From NCBI RefSeq assembly GCF_964355755.1, contig NC_092673.1, positions 7,564,001 through 7,628,000 of the forward strand: a DNA stretch of 64,000 nt. Direction: 5' to 3'. The notes under the pieces were generated by a model. It made no database searches, was not told the DNA's origin, and was given only the letters and a program-made list of their open reading frames with translations. Shown piece by piece: positions 39,101-50,759 of the stretch (positions are counted from its first letter, which is position 1; each line of letters starts with the position of its first letter). The stretch comes from Antedon mediterranea (Eukaryota > Animalia > Echinodermata). The translations under genes were made by a program, and so were the position numbers.

Positions 39101-42100
39101 ACAAAGTGTCTATATTAACCAACGATATTTTGACTGATTCGATGTCCATTACATGAATTGACAAAGTGACTATATTAAACTACGAGATTTTGACTGATTC
39201 GATGTCCATTCCATGAACTGACAAAGTGACTATATTAACCAACGAGATTTTGACTAATTCGATGTCCATTCCATGAACTGACAAAGCGACTTTATTAACC
39301 AACGAGATTTTGACTTATTCGATGTCCATTCCATGAACTGACAAAGTGACTATATTAACCAACGAGATTTTGACTGATTCGATTTCTATTCCATGAACTG
39401 ACAAAGTGACTATATTAACCAACGATATTTTGACTAATTCGATGTCCATTCCATGAACTGACAAAGTGACTATATTAACCATCGAGAATTTGACTGATTC
39501 GATGTCCATTCAATGAACTGACAAAGTGTCTATATTAACCAACGAGATTTTTACTGATTCGATGTCCATTCCATGAACTGACAAAGTGACTAAATTGACC
39601 AACGAGATTTTGACTGATTCGATGTCCATTCCATGAACTGACAAAACGACTATATTAACGTACGAGACTTTGACTGATTCGATGTCCATTCCATGAACTG
39701 ACAAAGTGACTATATTAACCTACGAGATTTTGACTGATTCGATGTCCATTCCATGAACTGACAAAGTGACTATATTAACCTACGAGATTTTGACTGATTC
39801 GATGTCCATTCCATGAACTGACAAAGTGACTATATTAACCTACGAGACTTTGACTGATTCGATGTCCATTCCATGAACTGACAAAGTGACTATATTAACC
39901 AACGAGATTTTGACTGATTCGATTTCTATTCCATGAACTGACAAAGTGACTATATTAACCAACGAGATTTTGACTGATTCGATGTCCATTCTATGAACTG
40001 ACAAAGTGACTAAATTGACCAACGAGATTTTGACTGATTCGATGTCTATTCCATGAACTGATAAAGTGACTATATTAATCAACGAGATTGTGACTAATTC
40101 GATGTCCATTCCATGAACTGACAAAGTGACTATATTAACTAACGAGATTTTGACTAATTCGATGTCCATTCCATGAACTGACAAAGTGACTAAATTGACC
40201 AACGAGATTTTGACTGATTCGATGTCCATTCCATGAACTGACAAAGTGACTAAATTGACCTACGAGATTTTGACTGATTCGATGTCCATTCCATGAACTG
40301 ACAAAGTGACTATATTAACCTACGAGACTTTGACTGATTCGATGTCCATTCCATGAACTGACAAAGTGACTATATTAACCTACGAGATTTTGACTAATTC
40401 GATGTCCATTCTATGAACTGACAAAGTGACTAAATTGACCTACGAGATTTTGACTGATTCGATGTCCATTCCATGAACTGACAAAACGACTATATTAACG
40501 TACGAGACTTTGACTGATTCGATGTCCATTCCATGAACTGACAAAGTGACTATATTAACCTACGAGATTTTGACTGATTCGATGTCCATTCCATGAACTG
40601 ACAAAGTGACTATATTAACTTACGAGATTTTGACTGATTCGATGTCCATTCCATGAACTGACAAAGTGACTATATTAACCTACGAGACTTTGACTGATTC
40701 GATGTCATTCCATGAACTGACAAAGTGTCTATATTAACCAACGATATTTTGACTGATTCGATGTCCATTACATGAATTGACAAAGTGACTATATTAAACT
40801 ACGAGATTTTGACTGATTCGATGTCCATTCCATGAACTGACAAAGTGACTATATTAACCAACGAGATTTTGACTAATTCGATGTCCATTCCATGAACTGA
40901 CAAAGTGACTTTATTAACCAACGAGATTTTGACTTATTCGATGTCCATTCCATGAACTGACAAAGTGACTATATTAACCAACGAGATTTTGACTGATTCG
41001 ATTTCTATTCCATGAACTGACAAAGTGACTATATTAACCAACGAGATTTTGACTAATTCGATGTCTTTTCCATGAACTGACAAGTGACTATATTAACCAA
41101 CGATATTTTGACTAATTCGATGTCCATTCCATGAACTGACAAAGTGACTATATTAACCATCGAGAATTTGACTGATTCGATGTCCATTCAATGAACTGAC
41201 AAAGTGTCTATATTAACCAACGAGATTTTTACTGATTCGATGTCCATTCCATGAACTGACAAAGTGACTATATTAAACAACGAGATTTTGACTGATTCGA
41301 TGTCCATTCCATGAACTGACAAAGTGACTATATTAACCAACGCAATTTTTACTGATTCGATGTCCATTCCATGAACTGACAAAGTGACTATATTAACCAA
41401 CGAGAATTTGACTGATTCGATGCCCATTCTATGAACTGACAAAGTGACTAAATTGACCGACGAGATTTTGACTGATTCGATGTCTATTCCATGAACTGAT
41501 AAAGTGACTATATTAATCAACGAGATTTTGACTAATTCGATGTCCATTCCATGAACTGACAAAGTGACTATATTAACTAACAAGATTTTGACTAATTCGA
41601 TGTCCATTCCATGAACTGACAAAGTGACTAAATTGACCTACGTGATTTTGACTGATTCGATGTCCATTCCATGAACTGACAAAGCGACTATATTAACGTA
41701 CGAGACTTTGACTGATTCGATGTGTCCATTCCATGAACTGACAAAGTGACTATATTAACCAACGAGATTTTGACTGATTCGATGTCCATTCCATGAACTG
41801 ACAAAGTGACTATATTAACCTACGACATTTTGACTGATTCGATGTCCATTCCATGAACTGACAAAGTGACTATATTAACCTACGAGAATTTGACTGATTC
41901 GATGTACATTCCATGAGCTGACAAAGTGTCTATATTAACCAACGATATTTTGACTGATTCGATGTCCATTACATGAATTGACAAAGTGACTATATTAACC
42001 TACGAGATTCTGACTGATTCGATGTCCATTCCATGAACTGACAAAGTGACTATATTAACCAACGAGATTTTGACTAATTCGATGTCTTTTCCATGAACTG

Positions 42101-42293
42101 ACAAAGTGACTATATTAACCAACGATATTTTGACTGATTCGATGTCCATTCCATGAACTGACAAAGTGACTATATTAACCAACGAGATTTTGACTAATTC
42201 GATGTCTTTTCCATGAACTGACAAAGTGACTATATTAACCAACGATATTTTGACTGATTCGATGTCCATTCCATGAATTGAAAAAGTGACTAT
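36190..42293. repeat. Tandem satellite, 60-bp unit (~100 copies) with higher-order structure
   Basis: Unit caacgagattttgactgattcgatgtccattccatgaactgacaaagtgactatattaac; diverged monomers extend left to about 35700. Confidence 0.97.
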
Positions 42294-42655
42294 TGTTACG
42301 GGCTCGCTCGTTAGGCTGAAACCAACAATAAGAACATAACAAAACACGTTGTAGTTGTCGTCCATCTTTATTCATCTCCTCTCTTTCTTTCTAGAGGGCT
42401 CACTTCCGTGTGACAAACCCATCACACACCCCCACTTAAAGAAAGTTTGATATGATTAAACTTATAACTGTTTACTATAACATCTTAAATCTTTTCTTAT
42501 ACAGTAGTGATTTTAACAGGTCGTTGATATGAACCCCGTTCTAATTACTTTAAATCCGTGTATGCCATTAATGCATCACTCTATCACAGCTAACATATTA
42601 TAATTAAATACTTTTAACATTAACAAAACTTTTAAAATCATTTCATGCATGTTAT

Positions 42656-44395
42656 CTAAACTCTTGACAAAGCGTCAGCTACAACATTGTCTTTTCTTCT
42701 GATATGATGAATTTCCAGATTCATTTCTTGAACTGCTAAACTCCATCTCAACAAGCGTTGATTCCTGTCCTTCATTCTTGCCAAGAACGTTAATGGGTTG
42801 TGGTCAGTCCAAACTACAATTGGAAACGGAGTAGATCCAAGATACACTTCAAAGTGCTTTAACGCTGACATCAAAGCTAATGTCTCCTTCTCAACAGTAG
42901 AATAAGGTTTCTCATGCTGGTTGAATTTTCTCGAGTAGAACCACACAGGCTTGTCAACACCATTTTCGTCTGTTTGCGCCAACACAGCACCAGAACCAAC
43001 ATCACTGGCATCAATCATTAACGAGAACTGTTTATCAAATTGTGGAGCCATCAACACCGGTTCGTTTGATAACATCGCTTTAACTTTAATGAACGCATTA
43101 TTGCATTCCTCCAACCACACAAAACTCGCATTCTTTTTCAGCAGATTTGTTAATGGAGCTACAAGCGTTGAGAAACTTCGGCAAAAACGTCGATAAAACC
43201 CAGTCATTCCCAGGAAACGCATTAACTCCTGCTTACTCTTTGGAACTGGGAAATCACAGACTGCCTTAATCTTAGCACTTAATGGTTTCACTTTTCCGCA
43301 ACCAACTTTATGACCCAAGAACACAATTTCTGCACATGAAAACTCGCTTTTCACCAAATTTACTGTCAACTTTGCAGCTGTCAACCTGTCAAACAATGCC
43401 TTAATTCTCTGCACATGAACATCCCATGTATCACTATAAACAACCAAATCGTCTATATAAGCTTCACAGCCCTCCAACCCTGAAATTATACCATTAACCA
43501 ATCTCTGGAACGTGGGTGGTGCGTTTTTTAAACCGAAAGGCATGACCTTATACTGATAAAGACCCATAGGAGTTACAAAAGCTGACACTTCTTTCGCACG
43601 CTCTGTTAAAGGAATTTGCCAGTAACTCTTAATTAGAAGATCAAATTTAGTGACAAACTTAGCACTACCCACACGATCAATACAGTCGTCTATCCTCGGT
43701 ATGGGATATGAATCTGTAGTAGATTTAGCATTAACCTTCCGATAATCAGTACAAAAACGATACGATTTATCTGGCTTCGGAACTAATATACATGGAGAAC
43801 TCCAAGCACTGCAACTAGGCTCGATGATATCATTCTTAATCATGTAATCAATCTCATTTTGTAATACCTTCATCTTGAACGGATTTGCTCTATATGGATT
43901 TTGTTTTATTGGTGAACAATCAGCTGTCTTAACATCATGCTCCACTAACTTCGTTCGACCTGGAACATCCGAAAACAACTGCAGATTTCCAAATATCAAA
44001 CTAACAATTTCAACCTTACGATCACGAGATAAATGACCAACTTTCTCTTCAATGTTTGCAAGGACATCTGAATTACTGAACTTAACACATGTATCCGGAT
44101 CACCAAACTCTTCAGAATTCTCTTCAACAACACACGTAACTGGTGTTGACGTACAGGTATCACTATTATTTCTCGCTGTGTATGGTTTCAACATGTTTAT
44201 ATGACACAGTCGCTTCTTCTTACGCCTATCTGGAGTATCCAACACATAGTCAACTTCTTCTACTCTTTCTAATACTTTGTAAGGACCAGCAAATCTTGTA
44301 GATAATGGTTGACTGGGAAGAGGCAACATAACTAACACTTCATCACCTGAACTAAAGCTTCTCTTTTCTGATTTTCTATCAAACAATCTCTTCAT
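42656..44395 (-). pseudogene. pol segment: integrase C-terminus (GPY), reverse transcriptase, RNase H
   Basis: RFAGPYKV; WSSPCILVPKPD.SYRFCTDYRKVN; MPFGLKNAP; YIDD; IDAS, EKE, TDH, ADALSR. Confidence 0.92.
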
Positions 44396-45734
44396 TTAAC
44401 CTGAGCCTTCACAAGATTCTTTCTAGCAATCTCACAAGCACGATTTAATCGATCACGAAATTCAGACACATAATCTAGTATCGATACAGACTCTTCTGCA
44501 TTCCCTAACAGCCTTTCTTTGACTATTTTAAGAGGGCCTCGGACCGAATGACAATACACCAACTCAATTGGGCTAAACCCTAAGGACTCTTGCACTGTTT
44601 CACGAACAGCGAATAACAATAAGGGAACTCCCTCATCCCATTCCTTTTCACATTGAAAACAATAGGTTTTAAGCATATTCTTAAGTGTTTGATGAAATCA
44701 AGTGACCCATGAGACTGTGGATGGTAAGCACTTGAACTTATATGGGCAACACCTAACTGCTCTAAGACTTGTTTAAATATCTTTGACATGAAGTTTGATC
44801 CTTGATCGGACTGAACAGCTTTAGGCAATCCTACCCATGTAAAGAATTTTACCAATGCTTTAACAACATTCTTAGCTGTAATACGCCTAAGAGGAATCGC
44901 TTCAGGAAACCTACTTGATGCACACATTACTGTTAATAGATACTCATTTCCATTTTTAGTACGTGGTAATGGTCCCACACAATCAACAATAACCCTTGAA
45001 ATTGGTTCACCGAATGCAGGAATAGGCTTAAGTGGGGCTACTGGAACCATTTGATTAGGCTTTCCCACTACCTGACACGCATGACAGGATTTACAATAGT
45101 TAGAAACATCTTTTCGAAGACCTGGCCAAAAGAAATGCCTGAGAATTTTGTCTACCGTTTTATTGACACCTAAATGCCCTGAAAGAGGATCATCATGCGC
45201 AATACCAATAATATCCTGACGGTATCCACTAGGAATAACTATCTGGTGAATCTCATTCCAAAGATCACTACTTGGAATATCTGGTGGCCTCCACTTACGC
45301 ATAAGTATAACATCCTTTATATAATAACAAACAGGAACAATAGACATTTCCTCTACAGAAAGAGCTTGCTGACCAAATGAAACCAAATCAGGATCTTTAC
45401 TCTGCTCTTCCACTAACCTGGACCGATTGAGAACTGTCGGACCGAAATCACACACTTTTGGGTGCTGTTGTTCAGCTTGGGCAGTGTGTGACTCTGGACC
45501 TGAACAGACAGCCTCTTGGGAAACGCGATCCGTAATGTCTCCGTGAAAACTATCACATAAGTCAATACTCTCATCCTCATCTATGGTTTTATTTGCCATA
45601 GATCGCGTCACCGCACATGATGGAAACACATGTGATAATTCTTTCTCTAAACACACCGTGCTTTCGTCTTCAACAGGACTCTTGCACACAACCGGTTTTA
45701 CTGTCACTCTGTCTCCGGCCAAATCATTCCCCAA
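44392..45734 (-). pseudogene. pol segment: integrase (HHCC and DDE core), frameshifted
   Basis: AHDDPLSGHLG...CKSCHAC; IVDCVGPLP; SDQGSNF; YHPQS followed by a frameshift. Confidence 0.92.
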
Positions 45735-45806
45735 AAGGAGTGTGACACCCCATACTGGAAGACTCGGAACGACACCGACAACAAAATCTCCGCTAACAAT
45801 ATCTGT

Positions 45807-46031
45807 TTAAATCCGAATTACATGAAGTGGGACTTCCTTATAACCCCCTTCAACACCTTGAATGAGCACACTTGCTCCAGCAGAAGACTCGTTTAAAAAT
45901 GACAATGCCGATTCTATTATCAGGGATTGTGACGCCCCTGTGTCTCTTAAGACACGAACTTTACTCAGATTCACATCGTTGATCAATGCTACAGAACCAG
46001 TAGAGAGGAAAGGCTTAAATAGCTTTCGCAC
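45807..46031 (-). pseudogene. pol segment: aspartic protease
   Basis: VLRDTGASQSLI active-site motif. Confidence 0.85.
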
Positions 46032-46189
46032 TTTTTCCGGACCTGAAGATTAAATCAACTTCTCACTTTCATCAACGTCATGACTCTCTGTCACTTTCAA
46101 CGGGACTGTATTTACTAACGTGTTTGGAAGTGATTGGGGTTTCTTATTATCCCCTTTAGCTTTGCTTTGAAACAGCCAGCAATCTGCCT

Positions 46190-47230
46190 TTATACAGTAT
46201 GACCCTTTTTCTTGCAGTAAAAACAAGTTCTGACAAATTTACTACTACTATTAACTATAGTTTTCTGACTTTGAACCTTAGAATCATCAACAGATTTGGA
46301 AACCGATTTGGTATTGATCACCACCTTGTGCGTGAGCACATAATTATCGGCAGCAGAAGCCGCTTTCATTAAATTATCCACTTTCTGCTCCTCTAGATAT
46401 GTACGAACTTCAGTAGGGGAACACGATTTAAACTCCTCAACTAACATAAGCTCACGAAGCTTTCCAAATTCACCATTTACTCCTTCCGAATTACACCATC
46501 TATCAGAAAGAATCTGCTTCTTACGTGCAAATTCTGTAAACGTTTGATCATAAGGTTTACATAAGTTCCTAAATTTCTGACGATACGCCTCTGGAACTAA
46601 CTCATAAGCTGACAAAACAGCTTTTTTAACCGCATCATAGCTTTCACATTGATCATCAGCCAAAGCAGAAAATACCTCTTGGGCTTTACCCACAAGAGCA
46701 GTTTGTAACAACACAGTCCAGTGTCTAGCAGGCCACTTTAATCTATTAGCAATTTTCTCAAAAGCTAAAAAAATATGTCTCTACCTCGTCCTCATTAAAC
46801 TTGGGAACCCATTTAATATTCTGAGTAATCTCTGAGAATCATTAGGTGTAGAAACCCGTGTGGTGTGACCCATTTGGTTAGCTAATTCTAATTTCCTTAA
46901 CTCAAATTCTTGTTTTTCTTTTTCCATTTCTCTTTGAGTTTGCATCTCTAGAATCTCTATTTTTCTTCTTTTAAAAATTAATTTTTCACGTTCCAATTCG
47001 ATTCTAGCCAACTCGACCTCATTCCCCGCAGTTTTTACGGATTCATGAGTAGTTAAACCAACATGACTTAAAAATCACATTTATCAAGTCATATTTATTC
47101 ATGGAATCATTTATAGATGCTCCAACCCTAGTACCTAGGAGTCGCAAACGCTCCTCTGATAGCTGAGCTACCACCTCAATGGACATGCTATCCAAAAATT
47201 CCTCGTCAAAATCACTTTCTGACATAGTTT
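46190..47230 (-). pseudogene. gag (coiled coil, SCAN-related capsid region, zinc knuckle), frameshifted
   Basis: E/K/R-rich coil; LVGKAQEVF...YDAVKKAVLSAYELVPEAYRQKFR; CFYCKKKGH. Confidence 0.85.
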
Positions 47231-47718
47231 CTATTTGAAACAAAGAAACTAAACAACAGGTTACAATAATAACCAATATGACGATAATTAAGGCACCGGT
47301 AATAAAATACCTGCCAAGCCCACACAGTATTAAACCTACCATGCGCCGTGGTCTCAATAACTAGACCCCTAAAATCAAAGCCAAACCGACTTCTAGTATC
47401 ACAGGCAAGCCTACACAAGCCTAAAACAACAACACAGTTTTCTAGCTCGGCGACCGCCAAACCTCGTTCGTTATAAAACGCCTCGGATCTAAACCTAAAA
47501 CCAGCTTAGAATAAGCAACTAAAATTACCATCAGTTCGATCTACAACTAAAATTCAGCATTTTGTTCCCGGATGACCCCCCAATTTGTTACGGGCTCGCT
47601 CGTTAGGCTGAAACCAACAATAAGAACATAACAAAACACGTTGTAGTTGTCGTCCATCTTTATTCATCTCCTCTCTTTCTCTCTAGAGGGCTCACTTGCA
47701 TGTGACAAACCCATCACA

Positions 47719-48600
47719 CTATATTAACCTACGAGATTTTGACTGATTCGATGTCCATTCCATGAACTGACAAAGTGACTATATTAACCTACGAGATTTT
47801 GACTGATTCGATGTCCATTCCATGAACTGACAAAGTGACTATATTAACCTACGAGATTTTGACTGATTCGATGTCCATTCCATGAACTGACAAAGTGACT
47901 ATATTAACCTACGAGATTTTGACTGATTCGATGTCCCCATTCCATGAACTGACAAAGTGAAACGATATTTTGACTGATTCGATGTCCATTCCATGAACTG
48001 ACAACGTGACTATATTAACCTACGAGATTTTGACTGATTCGATGTCCATTCCATGAACTGACAAAGTGACTATATTAACCTACGAGATTTTGACTAATTC
48101 GATGTTAATTCCATGAATTGACAAAGTGACTAAATTAACCGACGACCCTTTTACTAACTTTTTACTGACAAGGTAAAGATATTGACCGATGACATTTTGA
48201 CTGATTCGCTATCCATTACATGATCTTACTAACTATACTGACTGACGAGACTGTAACTGACTCGTTGTCCATTCCATGAACTAACGAAATTACCTTCGTC
48301 ACACAATGGTTTGTTACTGGCTGTAATTAATTCACCGATCAATTTATTTTCTATTCTATGACCTGACAAAGTAACTAATTTGATTGATATTTGACTTATT
48401 TACTTGCTATCCATTCCACAAACTGTCGAGATGACTAAATTGACTAACACTTCGACGGATTTACTAAATTGACCTACGACATTTTGACTTAGTCGCTATC
48501 CATTGCATTATCTGACGAGGTAACTATACTGACCGACGATATTGTAACGGACTCGCTGTCCGTTCCATGAACTAACAAAATAACTCCGTCAAGCAATGAT
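47719..48600. repeat. Continuation of the 60-bp satellite, decaying into diverged monomers
   Basis: Resumes in register (ctat|attaacc) after the LTR; about 7 good units, then degenerate copies. Confidence 0.93.
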
Positions 48601-48661
48601 TTGTTACTCGTGATTAATGTCACCTAACAGTTTATATTATTAAATACATCATACTATTTAG

Positions 48662-49109
48662 ATACCAGATTCAACTCCCGGTGAAGCGGGACAAATGTAC
48701 AACAAATGCAATGGTGACAAGAATCTAGCCATTACAGTAAACGTTGGTATGAGCAAAAAACAGGCAGTAAGAGTATTAACTACACTAAAGTCTTATAAGA
48801 TAGAAATACCAGTCACTGTGTTTGTGTTCAGTGAGTTTGCTGAAGAATGGCCGGAACTAGTACAAGCTTGGGCAAAGGACTACACTATTGGTCTTCGTGG
48901 AAATCATCCATATCCAGCTGGACATTTTGAAAAGATGTCTCCAAATTGGATCAGAGAAGCCGTAATTAGTTCTGAAATGCGTCTTCACGAACTCGATATA
49001 ATACCGGTATTTTATGCACCAGCTGAGGACGGTGGTTCAGTAAAGAAACAGCTAAAAAACAGAGGATTCCGTATTATCCAACCTGCTATTAACTTTCCGC
49101 CAAAGTTAG
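48662..49109 (+). CDS. Methyltransferase gene exon 5 (NodB/CE4-like domain, N-terminal part)
   Basis: tatttag| phase 0; KCNGDKNLAITVNVG, IPVTVFV, WPELV, YTIGLRGNHP and FYAP align with the NodB xALTFDDG / ATFFV / HxIGNHS / RxP elements; G|gtaag phase 1. Confidence 0.88.
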
Positions 49110-49339
49110 GTAAGACTAATAATCCACACTGAAAGTTTGCATAGAGCTCCTAATAAAAAGAAATAGCCACAACAATAATGTCCTTTAATATTGTGCAACA
49201 CACGACATTGATTATGGAATTTAGTCTTAATGGGAGTATTTTAGACATGACTAAAATCAAACCTATCTAGCGAGCTAACTAATAATTATTACTATTATTA
49301 TCAAAAGTCTTGAGTATGTTTTACTACCGTATTTTGCAG

Positions 49340-49560
49340 AACCATTACTGACTGTTGAGAATTACTACCGATTCCGAGATGTTGAGCGTATACCAAAAGC
49401 GCTGAGAATGATTTCAGAAAAGTTAAAAACTTTTGATGGTGGAATACTTGGTCTAGATACAGACCTTCCTGATACTTACATGAATCTTGTGTTCTTGCTT
49501 GATTATCTAGTTGAGAATTCTGATTATCATTTGGTATCGTTAAACCAATGCTTAGATTAA
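49340..49560 (+). CDS. Methyltransferase gene exon 6 (NodB/CE4-like C-terminal part, stop)
   Basis: attttgcag| phase 1; open for 73 codons: ...GGILGLDTDLPDTYMNLVFLLDYLVENSDYHLVSLNQCLD*, matching the NodB GxIxLxH...GYxFVTVxECL ending. Missed by the ORF track. Confidence 0.88.
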
Positions 49561-49685
49561 ATATACATGGGTAGGAAAGAAGAACTTGAGAATATAGCCT
49601 TTCCAAGTTTGTGGGTACTATGGAAGGCAATTGCCGCCAAAAATACGATTACAAAATACAATGTATTTATTGCATGTCTTTTTAT

Positions 49686-49775
49686 TGTACGTTTCTGCGA
49701 GTAGGTTGTACGTTTCTGTGAGTATGTTGTACGTTTCTGTGAGTATGTTGTACGTTTCTGTGAGTATGTTGTATA
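49686..49775. repeat. 21-bp minisatellite, ~4 copies, in probable 3' UTR
   Basis: ttgtacgtttctgtgagtatg repeated. Confidence 0.85.
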
Positions 49776-50060
49776 TTTCCAAGAATACATTGAATGTCTG
49801 TAATTGACATTTTTAATGGAGATTGCCTTCCACAGGGCAGAATAGGGTACGTGGATATTATTGGTCTTATAGTTACTGTAGTTGATAGTGAACGATACGT
49901 ATTTTTAAATAAAAAGTAAGTTTTGTATGGTAATGGTAATGAAGTTAAATAGTTCTTTTGAAAACGCAGATGCGTCCTTTTTGGTGTTAAATAAAGTAAT
50001 TTAATAGAAATAGAAGTCTTCTATGTGAAGGAAAGTATTCCGGATTCATCCACAGTTTAC

Positions 50061-50486
50061 CACTGTGCGCTACTATACCGATTTTGGTTGTACTTGCGCC
50101 AAGTATTAATAAATAGGAATTAGTTTAGCACTGTGCGTTACTATACCCATATCGGTTGTACTTGCGCACAGTGAGAATAAATAGGATTTAGTTTAGCACT
50201 GTGCGCTACTATACCCATTTCGGTTGTACTTGCGCACAGTGAGAATAAATAGGATTTAGTTTAGCACTGTGCGCTACTATACCCATTTTGGTTATACTTC
50301 AGCACAGTGATAATAAATAAGATTTAGTTTAGAACTGCTGCGCTACTATACCCATTTTTGTTGTACTTGAGCACAGTGATAATAAATAGGATTTAGTTTA
50401 GCACTCTGCGGTACTATACCTATTTTGGTTATACTTGAGCACAGTGACAATAAATATGATTTAGTTTAGCACTGTGTGCTACTATA
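50061..50486. repeat. 68-bp tandem repeat (~6.3 copies) with an internal inverted repeat
   Basis: cactgtgcgc-tactatacccatttcggttgtactt-gcgcacagtg-agaataaataggatttagtttag. Confidence 0.9.
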
Positions 50487-50759
50487 GGAGTACATTATTA
50501 TGTGAACAAATACTGTAGTACCAACACGTAGTATTTTATAAATCTATTTTTTTTTGCATTTTTTACTGTACTGTATGTACTGTACAAAGTAAACTCAAAA
50601 TGGCAAGTTTTAGTAATAAAGAATATGGAATCTTTGTATGATTAAGTGTTTTGCTTTGTTTTTTTAGTTGGTTTAAATAGGAACGATGCCAGAAGGTGAT
50701 TTTGACAGGAAATTGTTTCTCCATTGGGGCTATAAGAGAATTTAAAAAAAACTTTTATT

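Larger units (their letters stand above)
42294..47718 (-). mobile_element. Full-length Gmr1-like Ty3/gypsy LTR retrotransposon (gag-PR-INT-RT-RH), frameshifted
   Basis: 133-bp LTRs (42294-42426, 47586-47718; TG...CA; 3 differences by eye); 4-bp TSD CTAT; PBS tggggggtcatccgggaa (~47566-47583 on -) resembling the tRNA-Pro 3' end; PPT adjacent to 42426. Confidence 0.95.

Noticed and set aside
36211-42365. Minus-strand 20-aa repeat protein (SVHGMDIESVKISLVNIVTL)n
   Set aside because: A by-product of a 60-bp satellite: frequent stops, 1-2 bp indels and an LTR insertion, with no splice structure.
8112-49560. Bacterial contamination or recent horizontal transfer of the methyltransferase/NodB gene
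   Set aside because: It has five spliceosomal introns filled with animal transposons; an ancient transfer cannot be judged without a phylogeny.
49301-49630. 109-aa minus-strand ORF
   Set aside because: Antisense shadow of the true terminal exon 49340-49560.
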